A DNA stretch of 32,000 nt from Acaryochloris marina MBIC11017 (GCF_000018105.1 NC_009925.1:3930001-3962000), one strand, 5' to 3'. Positions 1-9,675 are shown, counted from the first letter of the stretch. The notes: generated by a model not told the origin, from the letters alone. Numbers and translations: made by a program.

Positions 1-11
1 GCTCATCTCAG

Positions 12-653
12 CTATTCATTGCGCTTGCCGCCCAGAGGCTCTCGTCCAGGCACATGCTCAAGGGCATCTACCACAGCCGCCGCTGCAGTTTTGATATCTC
101 GCTCAGCTCCCCCCAAGTATAATCGGCCAAAACTGCCCACAGAGGTGATTTGTAAAATATTGATCAACGCGGCTTTTTCGGCTTCGTTGGCTGCGAGGGA
201 GGCATAGGCCGCGGGCTGAACCTCCATCACATAGAGGGCTTGACCCGCGAGCAACATATTGCCTCGGCTGTTGCGATTAATCAGCTGCGCGTGGTGTGGA
301 TCAATATTGCGAATAATCTGACTAGAGACGACTTGGGGGCTTAATCGTTCATTTTGTTTGACCCCTAGCGCTTCTAACATGGCTCGGCCTGCCGTTTGGG
401 TTTCAGCTTGGCTACTCGCATGCACTTCCAGAACCCCGTATAAGCGTTCCACCATCTGTACACCGGGGCGGACCACTGCCGCTTTCAGAGCGACGTCCAT
501 GATCCGGTTAATCTCAATCCCAGGGGAAATCTCTAGCCATAGAGAGGTATCCCCTGGTAAAGGTAAAAAACCAACGGCCACCTTGCCCATATAGGCAGCA
601 TGCTGTGGTTGGAGGCTATCTAAGTAAACATAGCTACGTAATTCAACACCCAA
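12..653 (-). CDS. ccmP: Carboxysome shell protein CcmP-like (tandem BMC domain, BMC-T)
   Basis: Two BMC-type cores are present ([15 protein letters not shown] and [14 protein letters not shown]). From memory, it resembles CcmP over its full length (about 213 aa, beginning [12 protein letters not shown]). An in-frame TTG at 653-651, preceded 8 nt upstream by AGGAGA, gives exactly 213 aa. The track's ATG at 719 would add 22 residues that look non-conserved. Confidence 0.8.
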   Translation of the reverse strand: MGVELRSYVYLDSLQPQHAAYMGKVAVGFLPLPGDTSLWLEISPGIEINRIMDVALKAAVVRPGVQMVERLYGVLEVHASSQAETQTAGRAMLEALGVKQNERLSPQVVSSQIIRNIDPHHAQLINRNSRGNMLLAGQALYVMEVQPAAYASLAANEAEKAALINILQITSVGSFGRLYLGGAERDIKTAAAAVVDALEHVPGREPLGGKRNE

Positions 654-811
654 AATTAAAAGTCTCCTGTCGATGAAAAATAGGTCCCGACGGATCGCCA
701 GGGGCGACCACATCTGCACAAGGTGTTAGAGATAGTCTCCATTGATGTATGAAACCACAGAACCGTCCTTTGAGTGGTTTTTTCCTCTGGGTAAAGCGGT
801 TCCCAGTCGCT

Positions 812-2032
812 CTACTCAGGTTGCCCCATGGCCTGGGCCGCTAACCAGGCTGTCGTCCAGGCGTTTTGAAAGTTAAATCCACCGGTAATGCCATCAATGT
901 CGATCACTTCGCCAGCAAAATAGAGTCCGGGACAGCAGCGACTTTCCATGGTTTTGAAGTTGATTTGTTTAAGGTCGACGCCGCCGCAGGTAACAAACTC
1001 GTCTTTGAAGACTCCTTTCCCTAAGACATGAAACTTACCTTGGGTTAGTTCTTGCAGCAGCGATCGCAAATGGGTTTTGGATAGATCTGCCCAGCGCTGT
1101 TGGGGAGAAATCCCTGCTGCAGCAATCAGTTTTTGCCAGAGGCGCTGGGGTAAGTCGACGGGGCAGTGGTTTGCGATCGCACGCTTGGCAACGGCAGTTC
1201 GGGTTTGCCCCAACTGCTGACGCAGGTCTTCATAGGAGGAATGGGGCACCCAATTGACCGTCAATTCTCCCTGATATCGATGTTGATGAAAGGCCCGTGC
1301 TCCCCAAGCCGAGAGTTTGAGGACTGCAGGACCACTCAGTCCCCAATGGGTGACCAAGAGCGGCCCCTGCTGATCAAACTTTTGATCATTCACCGTTAAC
1401 CGCAACTGCACTGGATCAACCGCGATACCGGCTAAGCCTTGCAATCTCGGATCTTTGATTTTGAAGGTAAATAGGGACGGTACTGGCGATACGAGGGTAT
1501 GGCCGAGCTGTTGGGCGAGGCGATAGCCGAGGGGATGACTGCCCGTGGCTAAAAGAATGCGATCGCACCTCAGCTTCTCCCCAGATTTACACCCAACTGT
1601 AAATTGCCCTTCATGCTTGATATGAGTAACGGACATCCCCGTCCGCACCTGAATCCCTAAGTTTTGAGCCGTTCGTTGCAGACAGGCAATAATGGTTTCC
1701 GAATCATTGGTTTTGGGAAACATGCGGCCATCGGCTTCCGTTTTTAAGGAAACTCCGTGGGCTCGGAACCACTGCACCGTATCCTGGGGCTGAAACCGAC
1801 TAAATGCACCTCGTAAGGCTTTAGACCCGCGCGGATAATTGCCCACTAGTTCAGAGGGTTCAAAACAAGCATGGGTAACATTGCAGCGCCCACCCCCGGA
1901 AATTCGCACTTTAGAGAGCAGTTGACCACTGGCTTCCAAAATCGTGATCCGAGTTTGGGAATAGGCTTCTGCACAGGCAATCGCCCCCCAGAAACCAGCC
2001 GCCCCACCGCCGATGACGACAATCTTCACCAT
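812..2032 (-). CDS. HI0933/BaiN-family NAD(P)/FAD-dependent oxidoreductase
   Basis: The N-terminus has a Rossmann dinucleotide motif (VIGGGAAGFWGA). The RISGGGRCNVTH motif and the C-terminal GEVIDIDGITGGFNFQ motif are typical of the HI0933-like flavoprotein family. The ORF is intact at 406 aa. Confidence 0.85.
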   Translation of the reverse strand: MVKIVVIGGGAAGFWGAIACAEAYSQTRITILEASGQLLSKVRISGGGRCNVTHACFEPSELVGNYPRGSKALRGAFSRFQPQDTVQWFRAHGVSLKTEADGRMFPKTNDSETIIACLQRTAQNLGIQVRTGMSVTHIKHEGQFTVGCKSGEKLRCDRILLATGSHPLGYRLAQQLGHTLVSPVPSLFTFKIKDPRLQGLAGIAVDPVQLRLTVNDQKFDQQGPLLVTHWGLSGPAVLKLSAWGARAFHQHRYQGELTVNWVPHSSYEDLRQQLGQTRTAVAKRAIANHCPVDLPQRLWQKLIAAAGISPQQRWADLSKTHLRSLLQELTQGKFHVLGKGVFKDEFVTCGGVDLKQINFKTMESRCCPGLYFAGEVIDIDGITGGFNFQNAWTTAWLAAQAMGQPE

Positions 2033-2062
2033 GGCTTTATTACACCTAAAATTAGGTGCAAT

Positions 2063-3997
2063 TTAGGTCTGAGATTGATTTTTTAAATAGGTATCAATGG
2101 CATCAGACGCGACTTCAGTCAGGGTTTTGCCCTGGGCACTGGCGGTCTCTTTCAGACGGCTATAGACATCTTCCCGCAGGTTAACCCGATGGCGGACTCG
2201 CGCTTTACCGCTGGCGATTTTGCCCGTTTGGGTCGCCGGATCATAGGTGTCGCTATATTGCCGCAGGGCGTCGAAGCCAATGCGATCGCAAAAATCACCA
2301 AAGCTTTCAGCGGTTTTGCCCTTTTGCTTAAAGAACACCAAGAGCGGCTCTAGGGTCGCTTCCAGTTCGTCAATGGGCATCACTTCCAGAAAGGTTCTAG
2401 CGAGCCGAGTCTGATTGGAGCTTCCCCCTAACCAGAGCTGATAGGACGTTGGCTTTATCCCTACAAATCCCAGCTCAGCCATATAGGGACGAGCACAGCC
2501 ATTTGGACAGCCCGTCATCCGGATGACAAAATGCTCTTCTTTCAAATCCAGCTTATTGAGCAGCGCGCGGATGCGATCAATAATGCCGGGAATGGCGCGT
2601 TCTGATTCTGCAATGGCTAGTCCGCAAGTGGGCAACGCTGGACAGGCCATTGCATAGCGCACCAGCGGATCAATCTCCGTCTCTGCTAGCACCCCTGCAT
2701 TGTTCAAAATGCCTTGAATCGCCGCTTTGTCACTGGGCTGAATATTATAAATAATCAGATTGTGATTAGCCGTCAGCCGCATGGGCAGATGGTACTGCTT
2801 CGTAATTTGGCGTAGGGCAGACTTCAGCTGCAGCTTGCCATTGTCAAAGACCCGGCCATTCTCAATAGAAATGCCCAAGAAGAGCTGACCATCCCCCTGT
2901 TCATGCCAGCCTAAGTAATCTTCATACTTAAACTCAGGCAAGGGGCGACTGGGCGCAACAGACTTACCAAAATACTGCTCAACAACGCTGCGAAACTTAT
3001 CAATACCCCAGTCATTCACCAGGTATTTCATGCGGGCATGGCGACGCTGTTGACGGTCACCATAATCTCGTTGGGTGGCCACAATGGCTTTGACTAGGTC
3101 ATAGACATCCTCTTTGGCCACAAAGCCCAGTGGATCGGCAATGCGAGCAAAAGTCTCTTCTTTCTTGTGGGTGCGGCCCATGCCACCCCCGACAAATACG
3201 TTAAATCCTTGCAATTCGTCCTGGTCATCCAGGATAACCACTAGACCCACATCCTGGGTGTAGAGATCAATGGAGTTATCGCCTGGGACAGTAACGGCAA
3301 TCTTGAACTTCCGGGGCATGTAATATTGCCCGTAGATTGGCTCTTCGTCATCGTCTAGGTTAGTGCCGTTGGTATTGCGCTGGCGAGCCGCTTTGACCTC
3401 AGGATGCTCTTCTGCGGATAAGAATTTTTCCCCATCCAACCAAATCTCGTAGTAAGCGCCGGTTTGGGGGGTGAGTAAATCGGCAATCCGATTGGCATAC
3501 TCTTGGGCATAGACATAGTCGGGACGATTAACATAGGGGGCTGGCGGGGCCATCACATTGCGGTTCAAATCTCCACAGGCTCCTAGGGTAGACCCCATGC
3601 TGTGAATGATGGCGGCCATGACCGTTTTTAGGTTCTGCTTGACAATTCCGTGAATCTGGAACCCTTGGCGGGTGGTGGCTCGCAGGGTGTGGTTGCCGTA
3701 GGTCTCGCTGAGTTCATCCAGGGCTTCGTAAAGCTGTGCTGGGATAAATCCACCGGGACTGCGAGTCCGCAGCATAAACTGATAGTCTTTTTCCTGCCCT
3801 TTCGCTCGATTATCACGATTATCTTGCTGATAGGAGCCATGAAATTTGAGGATTTGAATGGCTTCTTCTGGCAAATTTCTCGCATCCGTCTGGAGTTCTG
3901 CAATTAACGGATGGCGTAGATGATGACTGCGCTCTTTAATCCCTTCCAATTTGGAAAGTTTAGGCGGAGTCGGTTGTTTAGGGGGAGCATTGACCAT
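2063..3997 (-). CDS. sir: Assimilatory ferredoxin-sulfite reductase (siroheme/4Fe-4S hemoprotein)
   Basis: The N-terminus ([11 protein letters not shown]...[13 protein letters not shown]) and the Cys cluster motifs ([21 protein letters not shown]) are characteristic of CysI/Sir-type sulfite/nitrite reductases. At 644 aa it carries about 55 extra C-terminal residues relative to CysI-type enzymes (see findings). Confidence 0.9.
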   Translation of the reverse strand: MVNAPPKQPTPPKLSKLEGIKERSHHLRHPLIAELQTDARNLPEEAIQILKFHGSYQQDNRDNRAKGQEKDYQFMLRTRSPGGFIPAQLYEALDELSETYGNHTLRATTRQGFQIHGIVKQNLKTVMAAIIHSMGSTLGACGDLNRNVMAPPAPYVNRPDYVYAQEYANRIADLLTPQTGAYYEIWLDGEKFLSAEEHPEVKAARQRNTNGTNLDDDEEPIYGQYYMPRKFKIAVTVPGDNSIDLYTQDVGLVVILDDQDELQGFNVFVGGGMGRTHKKEETFARIADPLGFVAKEDVYDLVKAIVATQRDYGDRQQRRHARMKYLVNDWGIDKFRSVVEQYFGKSVAPSRPLPEFKYEDYLGWHEQGDGQLFLGISIENGRVFDNGKLQLKSALRQITKQYHLPMRLTANHNLIIYNIQPSDKAAIQGILNNAGVLAETEIDPLVRYAMACPALPTCGLAIAESERAIPGIIDRIRALLNKLDLKEEHFVIRMTGCPNGCARPYMAELGFVGIKPTSYQLWLGGSSNQTRLARTFLEVMPIDELEATLEPLLVFFKQKGKTAESFGDFCDRIGFDALRQYSDTYDPATQTGKIASGKARVRHRVNLREDVYSRLKETASAQGKTLTEVASDAIDTYLKNQSQT

Positions 3998-4268
3998 GAG
4001 GAAATAGGCAGTTGATGACAGTGTTTAGGTAGCGAATCGAACGATTTCTACCCTTAAGAAAAGGCTAGGCTAACGTCAATATATCCGAGCAATTCCAACG
4101 CGGAGATATTAATGCCCGGTAAGTCGGTCGGGATATCGATGAATCACCTCTTATCTTATCACTGCTTCCTTTGAGCAAACCGTGACAGACCCAAACAATG
4201 CCACAGGTGAGTCCAAATCATCAACGTTAGAACTTAAGCTTTTTTACCAACTAGGCTTGCTCAAGATA

Positions 4269-4297
4269 AATGCACACTAGCGCCGCTAGTGTGCATT
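4269..4297. repeat. Perfect 29-nt palindrome (14-nt arms, 1-nt centre), function unknown
   Basis: AATGCACACTAGCG-C-CGCTAGTGTGCATT was read directly from the sequence. There is no adjacent U/T tract on either strand, so it is not a canonical intrinsic terminator. Confidence 0.9.
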
Positions 4298-5127
4298 CAC
4301 TGTATCTAAAACTCAAAAACTCTGGATGAGGCCCAGGCGAAAACGCTCAAAAGTCCACCCTTTATGGCGCTAGCGTTGGGGATCATGATTGGGTAAACAC
4401 TGTCTCATCCAACATCGGTTCAAATACTCAATCCGATATTGTTGCCAAAAACGGCCTGGATTGAGAACCAGTTTAATGTCCGAATGGAATAAGGGCTGAT
4501 TGAGATATTGCCAAACGGGAAACCAATTTTGATGAGACTTAGAAATCATGACAGTTTTAGGATGTTGGGTGACTCAAGCGTTTAATCCAGGTGGGCTCAG
4601 CATAGCGAAGCCTTTGTACACGTCCCATGTCCTTGAAAGGCCCAATCTTAATAACTTTCATGAAGAATGAAGAGATCGCAATAGGGATCCCTAGAAGTTA
4701 TATAAAATCCAGCCCAAGCAGATGGCAAAGGTGCTTGTCCAGCTGATCGTGATTTGGAATAAAAGACGCGCTCCGTATACGCTTAGAGTGCCCAGAAATG
4801 TCGTAACATTTGTCACCGAATTTCTGCGATTCCCAAAAACTTTACAAATGACAAAATATTTAAGACGCCAAGTGCCAGCGACAAAGTTTATGATTAATTA
4901 ATAATTTCATTACAAAACCCACGAGCAATTCGGCCATAGTGGAGGATGCGTTATTCCTTCACTGCCAGCCTTACTAACGGGCAAGGTTACACTGTATTCG
5001 TTCCTAGGCAAAGCGGGGGAGACTTTGTTGGGCATCTCAAATGGGTGAGGATAACGGTAAACTTATGCCTCAATTGCTGCGGTCTTGCAGGTGCTGAATT
5101 CATTTTTGAGAGGAATCAAGCGTTTCC

Positions 5128-6042
5128 ATGTCTTTATTTGATTGGTTTGCAAATCGACGAAAATCTCATCCTGTGACCAAAGCACAGCCAGAACGAGAAA
5201 TCTCTGATGGCTTGTGGTCGAAGTGTGAGTCGTGTGGTGCTCTAACCTACACCAAAGATTTACGGGCCAATCAAATGGTGTGCCTAGAATGTGGCCACCA
5301 TTTGCGCGTCACCAGTGATGAGCGGATTGCGCAGCTGATTGATGCAGAGACCTGGGTGGCGATGGACAATAACTTAGTTGCCTGTGACCCTCTCCAGTTT
5401 CGAGATCGCAAAGCCTATTGCGATCGCATTCAGGAATACCAAAGCAAAACTGGTCTCCAGGACGCTGTCCAAACAGGGGTGGGTGAACTTGATGGTCTGC
5501 CTCTCGCCTTGGGTGTCATGGACTTCCGGTTTATGGGAGGCAGTATGGGGTCCGTCGTTGGCGAGAAACTGACCCGTTTGATCGAGCATGCCACGCAAAA
5601 CCGTCTTCCTTTAGTGATCGTTTGTGCGTCCGGTGGTGCTCGCATGCAAGAAGGGATGCTGAGCCTAATGCAAATGGCGAAAACCTCTGCCGCGCTAGAT
5701 CAGCACAGAACCAACCGTTTACTCTATATCCCCGTCCTCACCCACCCCACCACTGGTGGGGTGACCGCGAGCTTTGCGATGCTGGGGGATATGATTTTGG
5801 CTGAACCCAAAGCAACTATCGGCTTTGCCGGTCGCCGGGTAGTCGAACAAACCCTGCGAGAAAAACTACCGGATGATTTCCAAACGGCAGAATATTTACT
5901 CAGTCATGGATTTGTGGATGCCATTGTCCCGAGACCAGAGTTAAAGCGAACCTTAGCCCAGCTGATTCGCATTCATGCTCAAATGCCGATGGCCTCAGAT
6001 GTTTCACCTGCCGCTGTTCCAGTTGCCGCTGCCGTTGAATAG
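5128..6042 (+). CDS. accD: Acetyl-CoA carboxylase carboxyltransferase beta subunit
   Basis: The N-terminal Zn-ribbon is CESCGALTY...CLECGHH. The carboxyltransferase core includes [11 protein letters not shown] and [10 protein letters not shown]. 304 aa. Confidence 0.95.
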   Translation: MSLFDWFANRRKSHPVTKAQPEREISDGLWSKCESCGALTYTKDLRANQMVCLECGHHLRVTSDERIAQLIDAETWVAMDNNLVACDPLQFRDRKAYCDRIQEYQSKTGLQDAVQTGVGELDGLPLALGVMDFRFMGGSMGSVVGEKLTRLIEHATQNRLPLVIVCASGGARMQEGMLSLMQMAKTSAALDQHRTNRLLYIPVLTHPTTGGVTASFAMLGDMILAEPKATIGFAGRRVVEQTLREKLPDDFQTAEYLLSHGFVDAIVPRPELKRTLAQLIRIHAQMPMASDVSPAAVPVAAAVE

Positions 6043-6171
6043 GGGATAGGGGGCTGAACCTTGATCCTCTTCCATTCCAGATTTGACCAATTTATGGAAT
6101 CTGGATTTGGGAAAGGGACGCCTCAATGGCATGATATTAGATGGGTCAACCTTAATAAAATCAGTACGTTA

Positions 6172-6357
6172 ATGATTATGGGGTTTGCAGACCTGTCAAT
6201 CTCGGAAATAGCAGAGGACTATCATCTCTCTATCGAAGAGGTTTGTACATTATGCGATCGTTTGGGTGTCGCTTATAAAGCGCCCCACACCCGTTTAGCC
6301 CTGGAGGATGTCAAAGCACTTATTTTAGAAATTTTGGCTAACCAAGAAAATACCTAA
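6172..6357 (+). CDS. Small conserved hypothetical protein with an IF-2 N-terminal-like helical motif
   Basis: The C-terminal ~59 aa (GFADLSISEIAEDYHLSIEEVCTLCDRLGVAYKAPHTRLALEDVKALI) resembles the IF2_N-type helical module. The start is uncertain: the track's TTG at 6061, or ATG at 6094, 6172 or 6178. Confidence 0.45.
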   Translation: MIMGFADLSISEIAEDYHLSIEEVCTLCDRLGVAYKAPHTRLALEDVKALILEILANQENT

Positions 6358-6565
6358 GATCAAACCAATAGGTGACGACTCAGGTTTTAATTCAATTAAG
6401 CCTAAAACTCTTTTACTGCTTTATTCATGCCTTTTCCTCTTCTCATTTCTGTGGACTTGATCACTGTCACCAGCAACGGGCAGGTTTAGATAGAGTACCC
6501 AGTTCTGTAGAGTGGATTTAACTGTGTTGAGAGCCTGATAATTAAACGAAATTGAAAGGAGAACT

Positions 6566-7054
6566 ATGCTGAAAAGATACATGTTGCTGGCGGTGGCTAC
6601 AGTATTTTTTGCTTTTCAAGTATTAACCAGTACTGCAACTGCTGCTGAATTAGATGATGCGACTCGAACAGTTGCGTTAAATGAGGGGAGTACCGTTACT
6701 CTATCCACTCAGCAAGCGAAAGAGGGCCAGCGCTTATTCAACTTTGCCTGTGCAAACTGCCACATTGGTGGTGATACAAAAACTAACCCCAGTATCAACT
6801 TGTCTTCAGCTAGCTTGGCTGGCGCTAACCCCCGACGTGACAACGTTGAAGGTCTTGTGGATTACATGAACAATCCCACAACCTACGATGGTTTTGACAC
6901 CATTTCTGAAGTGCATCCTAGTACTCAAAGTACGGATGTCTTCCCTCTAATGAGAAACCTGTCTGATGAGGATCTATTCGACATCGCAGGTCATATTCTC
7001 ATCCAGCCTTCAGTGATCGGTGATCAGTGGGGTGGCGGTAAAGCCAACCGTTAA
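6566..7054 (+). CDS. psbV: Photosystem II cytochrome c-550
   Basis: It has a signal peptide, the heme motif CANCH, the distal-His region YDGFDTISEVHP and the conserved MRNLSDEDL. An AGGAG Shine-Dalgarno lies upstream. 162 aa. Confidence 0.95.
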   Translation: MLKRYMLLAVATVFFAFQVLTSTATAAELDDATRTVALNEGSTVTLSTQQAKEGQRLFNFACANCHIGGDTKTNPSINLSSASLAGANPRRDNVEGLVDYMNNPTTYDGFDTISEVHPSTQSTDVFPLMRNLSDEDLFDIAGHILIQPSVIGDQWGGGKANR

Positions 7055-7124
7055 GTGTCCATTGGTTGTTGACCAGTATGAACGACGTTATCTTTATAAA
7101 GTTCATATTCGAGGCGGGCATCAA

Positions 7125-7640
7125 ATGCTGAAATCGTGGCTCAAATGTTGTTTTCTTGCAGTTCTTTGGGTTTGTTTGGGAGTTTTCCCCAACAGTTCCA
7201 TCGCCCAAGCTGGAGATATTGAGGACTATATTGTTCGGTATCTCAAGGTGACAGAACCTGTCCCTATCGTGATGGACGCTTCTGGAGAGACCCAATTGTT
7301 TTCTCCAGAAGAGCTATCAGATGGGAAACGGTTATTTGACGATAACTGTAAGAATTGCCATGTAGGTGGAGCGACATTGCCTAATCCTGTGCAATCTTTG
7401 TCAATGAAGAATTTGCAGGGGGCAACCCCTTCTCGGGATAACGTTGCTAATCTCATTGAATTTCAACGAGAGCCAACCATTTATGATGGTAGCGATGTTA
7501 GCTTTTGGTGCCGCCAGGTCCCGGATACTTGGCTGCCCGATAAAGAATTGGCAAATCTAGAAGCCTTTATTCTCAGAGCTGCTGAAGTAGCTAGAGGTTG
7601 GGGTACTGAAGATGTTGCTGATGGCATAGATTTTACTTAA
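7125..7640 (+). CDS. psbV2: Cytochrome c-550-like protein PsbV2
   Basis: It is a paralog of the preceding psbV (RLFDDNCKNCHVGG, RDNV, PTIYDG). It has a signal peptide (MLKSWLKCCFLAVLWVCLG). The ATG at 7125 avoids overlap with psbV, whereas the track start at 7020 overlaps the psbV 3' end. Confidence 0.85.
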   Translation: MLKSWLKCCFLAVLWVCLGVFPNSSIAQAGDIEDYIVRYLKVTEPVPIVMDASGETQLFSPEELSDGKRLFDDNCKNCHVGGATLPNPVQSLSMKNLQGATPSRDNVANLIEFQREPTIYDGSDVSFWCRQVPDTWLPDKELANLEAFILRAAEVARGWGTEDVADGIDFT

Positions 7641-7881
7641 GGTATTTGTCCTTAGAATTGCTTTAATCAAAGGATTAGTGCAATATCGATGCCGTTAAGG
7701 AAAGACTTGTAATCCTATGAACTCTCCGTTTGGGGTTCTAAAGTTGCAGGGACGATCCTAAAATAATGATGCGAGTCATCGCATTTGCCATAAATAAGCA
7801 CCGTATATATTCATCATTTGGTGTCTGGCGTTAATAAGTTTGGTAGCCTTGCTGCCAATATGAATTGAGAGGAGAAACACG

Positions 7882-8211
7882 TTGAAAAAACTTCTATCTA
7901 TTGCCTTAACTGCACTTGCTATCCTGACCTTTGCCATCAGCAGCCCTGTTTTAGCCGCTGATGCGGGTGCTGGCGCTGGTGTCTTCAATGCCAATTGTGC
8001 TGCTTGCCATGCTGGTGGTAACAATGTTGTCCAGGCTGACAAGACTCTAAAAGCGGATGCTTTGTCCGCTAATGGTATGGACTCTGCTGATGCCATTATC
8101 AATCAGGTCACCAACGGTAAAGGTGGTATGCCTGCATTTGGTGCTAGCCTTTCCCCTGCTGATATCGAGAACGTTGCTGCATACGTTTTAGATCAAGCTG
8201 ATAAGTGGTAA
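7882..8211 (+). CDS. petJ: Cytochrome c6
   Basis: It has a signal peptide ending VLAADA, the heme motif CAACHAGG and the Met-ligand region NGKGGMPAF. It starts at TTG with GAGGAG 8 nt upstream. 109 aa. Confidence 0.9.
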   Translation: MKKLLSIALTALAILTFAISSPVLAADAGAGAGVFNANCAACHAGGNNVVQADKTLKADALSANGMDSADAIINQVTNGKGGMPAFGASLSPADIENVAAYVLDQADKW

Positions 8212-8240
8212 GTCTTTCCAAATAACTAGTTCATAGTTTT

Positions 8241-8272
8241 CCCCCTTTTCATATGAAGAGGGGGTTTTGTTT
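8241..8272 (+). terminator. Rho-independent terminator downstream of petJ
   Basis: A 10-bp stem (CCCCCTTTTC/GAAGAGGGGG, one G-U pair) with a 4-nt loop ATAT is followed by TTTTGTTT. It begins 30 nt after the petJ stop. Confidence 0.7.
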
Positions 8273-8362
8273 GGCCGGCCGATTGCTATTTTTCGCACGG
8301 GTACTCACCATCTTTGGGTGGGTTTATGTCATCTTGTACCTAGTACCTGTAGAGATGTTCCT

Positions 8363-9262
8363 ATGCGCCGAATTCGTCCATCTTACTTGTGGTCTTTAGG
8401 ATTAGGACTATTCTTGGCCTGTGCACTCCCGACGATTGGCTGGCAATTAATTAGCGCTTCGTCAGCGGTGAGTGTTGAGCAAAAAAACCTTTTAGACCAG
8501 TTATCTAAAGTGCAAGTGGTCTATTTAGGGGAAACCCACAACAGTGTGGCGGACCACAAAGCCCAGTTAGCGATTATTCGAGGGTTATTTGAACGACAAC
8601 CCAAATTGGCCATCGCTATGGAAATGTTTCAGCGTCCCTTCCAAGAGCCCATCAATCGTTATCTAGCAGGAGAGATCACGGAGGCGCAGCTGCAAAAAGA
8701 AACAGAGTATCGGCAACGCTGGGGATTTGACTGGGAATTCTATGCACCCATTTTGCGGTTTGCTAAGCAGCATCAACTTCCGGTCATCGCGTTAAATACG
8801 CCCACTGAGATTACGAAAAAAGTGGGTCGGCAGGGGTTGGAAAGCCTCACCCCGGAAGACTATACCTTTATCCCGCCTTTGGCCGATATAGACCTGAGCA
8901 ATACGGCCTATCGTCAAAAACTCACAACCATTTATGAGCAATTTCATCACGGTCCCGCGTCTGAAGAAGGATTTGAACGGTTTTTTTCAGCCCAAGTTCT
9001 TTGGGATGAAACCATGGCTGAAAAAATAGCCCAAACCGTTCGTCAACAGCCTGATCAACTGGTGGTTGTCATCGCTGGGAAAGGCCATATTGAACAAGGC
9101 TATGGCATACCCGATCGGGTTTCACGCCGCCTTAGCAAGTTTTCTAGCCAGGATCAACCGTTTCGCCAGTCTTCTATTTATCTCAATCCGACAGAAGAGG
9201 CTCGCAAGATCGTGAATCCTCCCGCCGCCACGCATTTTTGGACTCAGCCTGGATCGGAATGA
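8363..9262 (+). CDS. ChaN/Tiki-superfamily (haem-binding uptake-like) lipoprotein
   Basis: VVYLGETHNSVADHKAQLAII followed by AIAMEMFQRPFQ matches the GxxH...E motif layout of the ChaN/PF04187 family. The N-terminus has a lipobox-like LFLAC. The ATG at 8363 is chosen because the track's upstream extension runs through the petJ terminator. Confidence 0.65.
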   Translation: MRRIRPSYLWSLGLGLFLACALPTIGWQLISASSAVSVEQKNLLDQLSKVQVVYLGETHNSVADHKAQLAIIRGLFERQPKLAIAMEMFQRPFQEPINRYLAGEITEAQLQKETEYRQRWGFDWEFYAPILRFAKQHQLPVIALNTPTEITKKVGRQGLESLTPEDYTFIPPLADIDLSNTAYRQKLTTIYEQFHHGPASEEGFERFFSAQVLWDETMAEKIAQTVRQQPDQLVVVIAGKGHIEQGYGIPDRVSRRLSKFSSQDQPFRQSSIYLNPTEEARKIVNPPAATHFWTQPGSE

Positions 9263-9278
9263 TACCCAATCTCGATTT

Positions 9279-9584
9279 ATGATTCTAGAAGTTGCAATCC
9301 TGGATGTCATTCCTGGTCAAGCAGACCAGTTTCAGGCAGACTTTCAACAGGCCCAACATATTATCGCTGCCATGCCGGGTTATCTGGGGCATGAGCTGCA
9401 GCGCTGTATTGAACAACCATCCCGTTATTTGCTGTTGGTGCACTGGCAAACGTTAGAGGATCATGTGCAGGGCTTTCGCCAATCTCCTCAATATCAACAG
9501 TGGAAGACGTTGCTGCACCATTACTATGATCCATTCCCGATAGTTGAGCATTATGCAGCGGTTTTTTCGCAAACAAAGCGTTGA
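9279..9584 (+). CDS. Antibiotic-biosynthesis-monooxygenase (ABM) fold protein
   Basis: It is about 100 aa with the typical ABM layout (ILDVIPGQ...FQ, PGYLGHEL, LLLVHWQTLEDH, F..S..Y..W). Confidence 0.7.
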   Translation: MILEVAILDVIPGQADQFQADFQQAQHIIAAMPGYLGHELQRCIEQPSRYLLLVHWQTLEDHVQGFRQSPQYQQWKTLLHHYYDPFPIVEHYAAVFSQTKR

Positions 9585-9675
9585 TCAGAGATTGCTATCG
9601 ATATTGGGCCGAGAGGGATCGATATCGGCTGGTTTTAACCTCATCAACTCTGTATATACCTAATAGGAGATTTCT

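Noticed and set aside
725-811. A hairpin AACCAC...GTGGTT followed by TTTTT lies on the plus strand between the flavoprotein gene and ccmP.
   Set aside because: Both flanking genes are on the minus strand. On that strand the stem is not followed by a U-tract, and there is no plus-strand transcript to terminate.
4025-4060. A GTTCGATTC-like (T-loop-like) sequence on the minus strand near the sir start suggested a tRNA.
   Set aside because: I could not build an acceptor stem, D-arm or anticodon arm around it. The local near-palindrome GAATCGAACGATTTC explains the resemblance.
4946-5176. A 76-aa plus-strand ORF overlaps the accD start.
   Set aside because: It has no recognisable motif, runs out of frame into accD, and has odd composition. 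It is most likely a chance ORF in the accD 5' region.
7020-7124. The ORF-track extension of psbV2 overlaps the 3' end of psbV by 35 nt.
   Set aside because: The extension encodes no signal peptide and no conserved sequence. The ATG at 7125 yields a canonical signal peptide directly and leaves a 70-nt intergenic gap.
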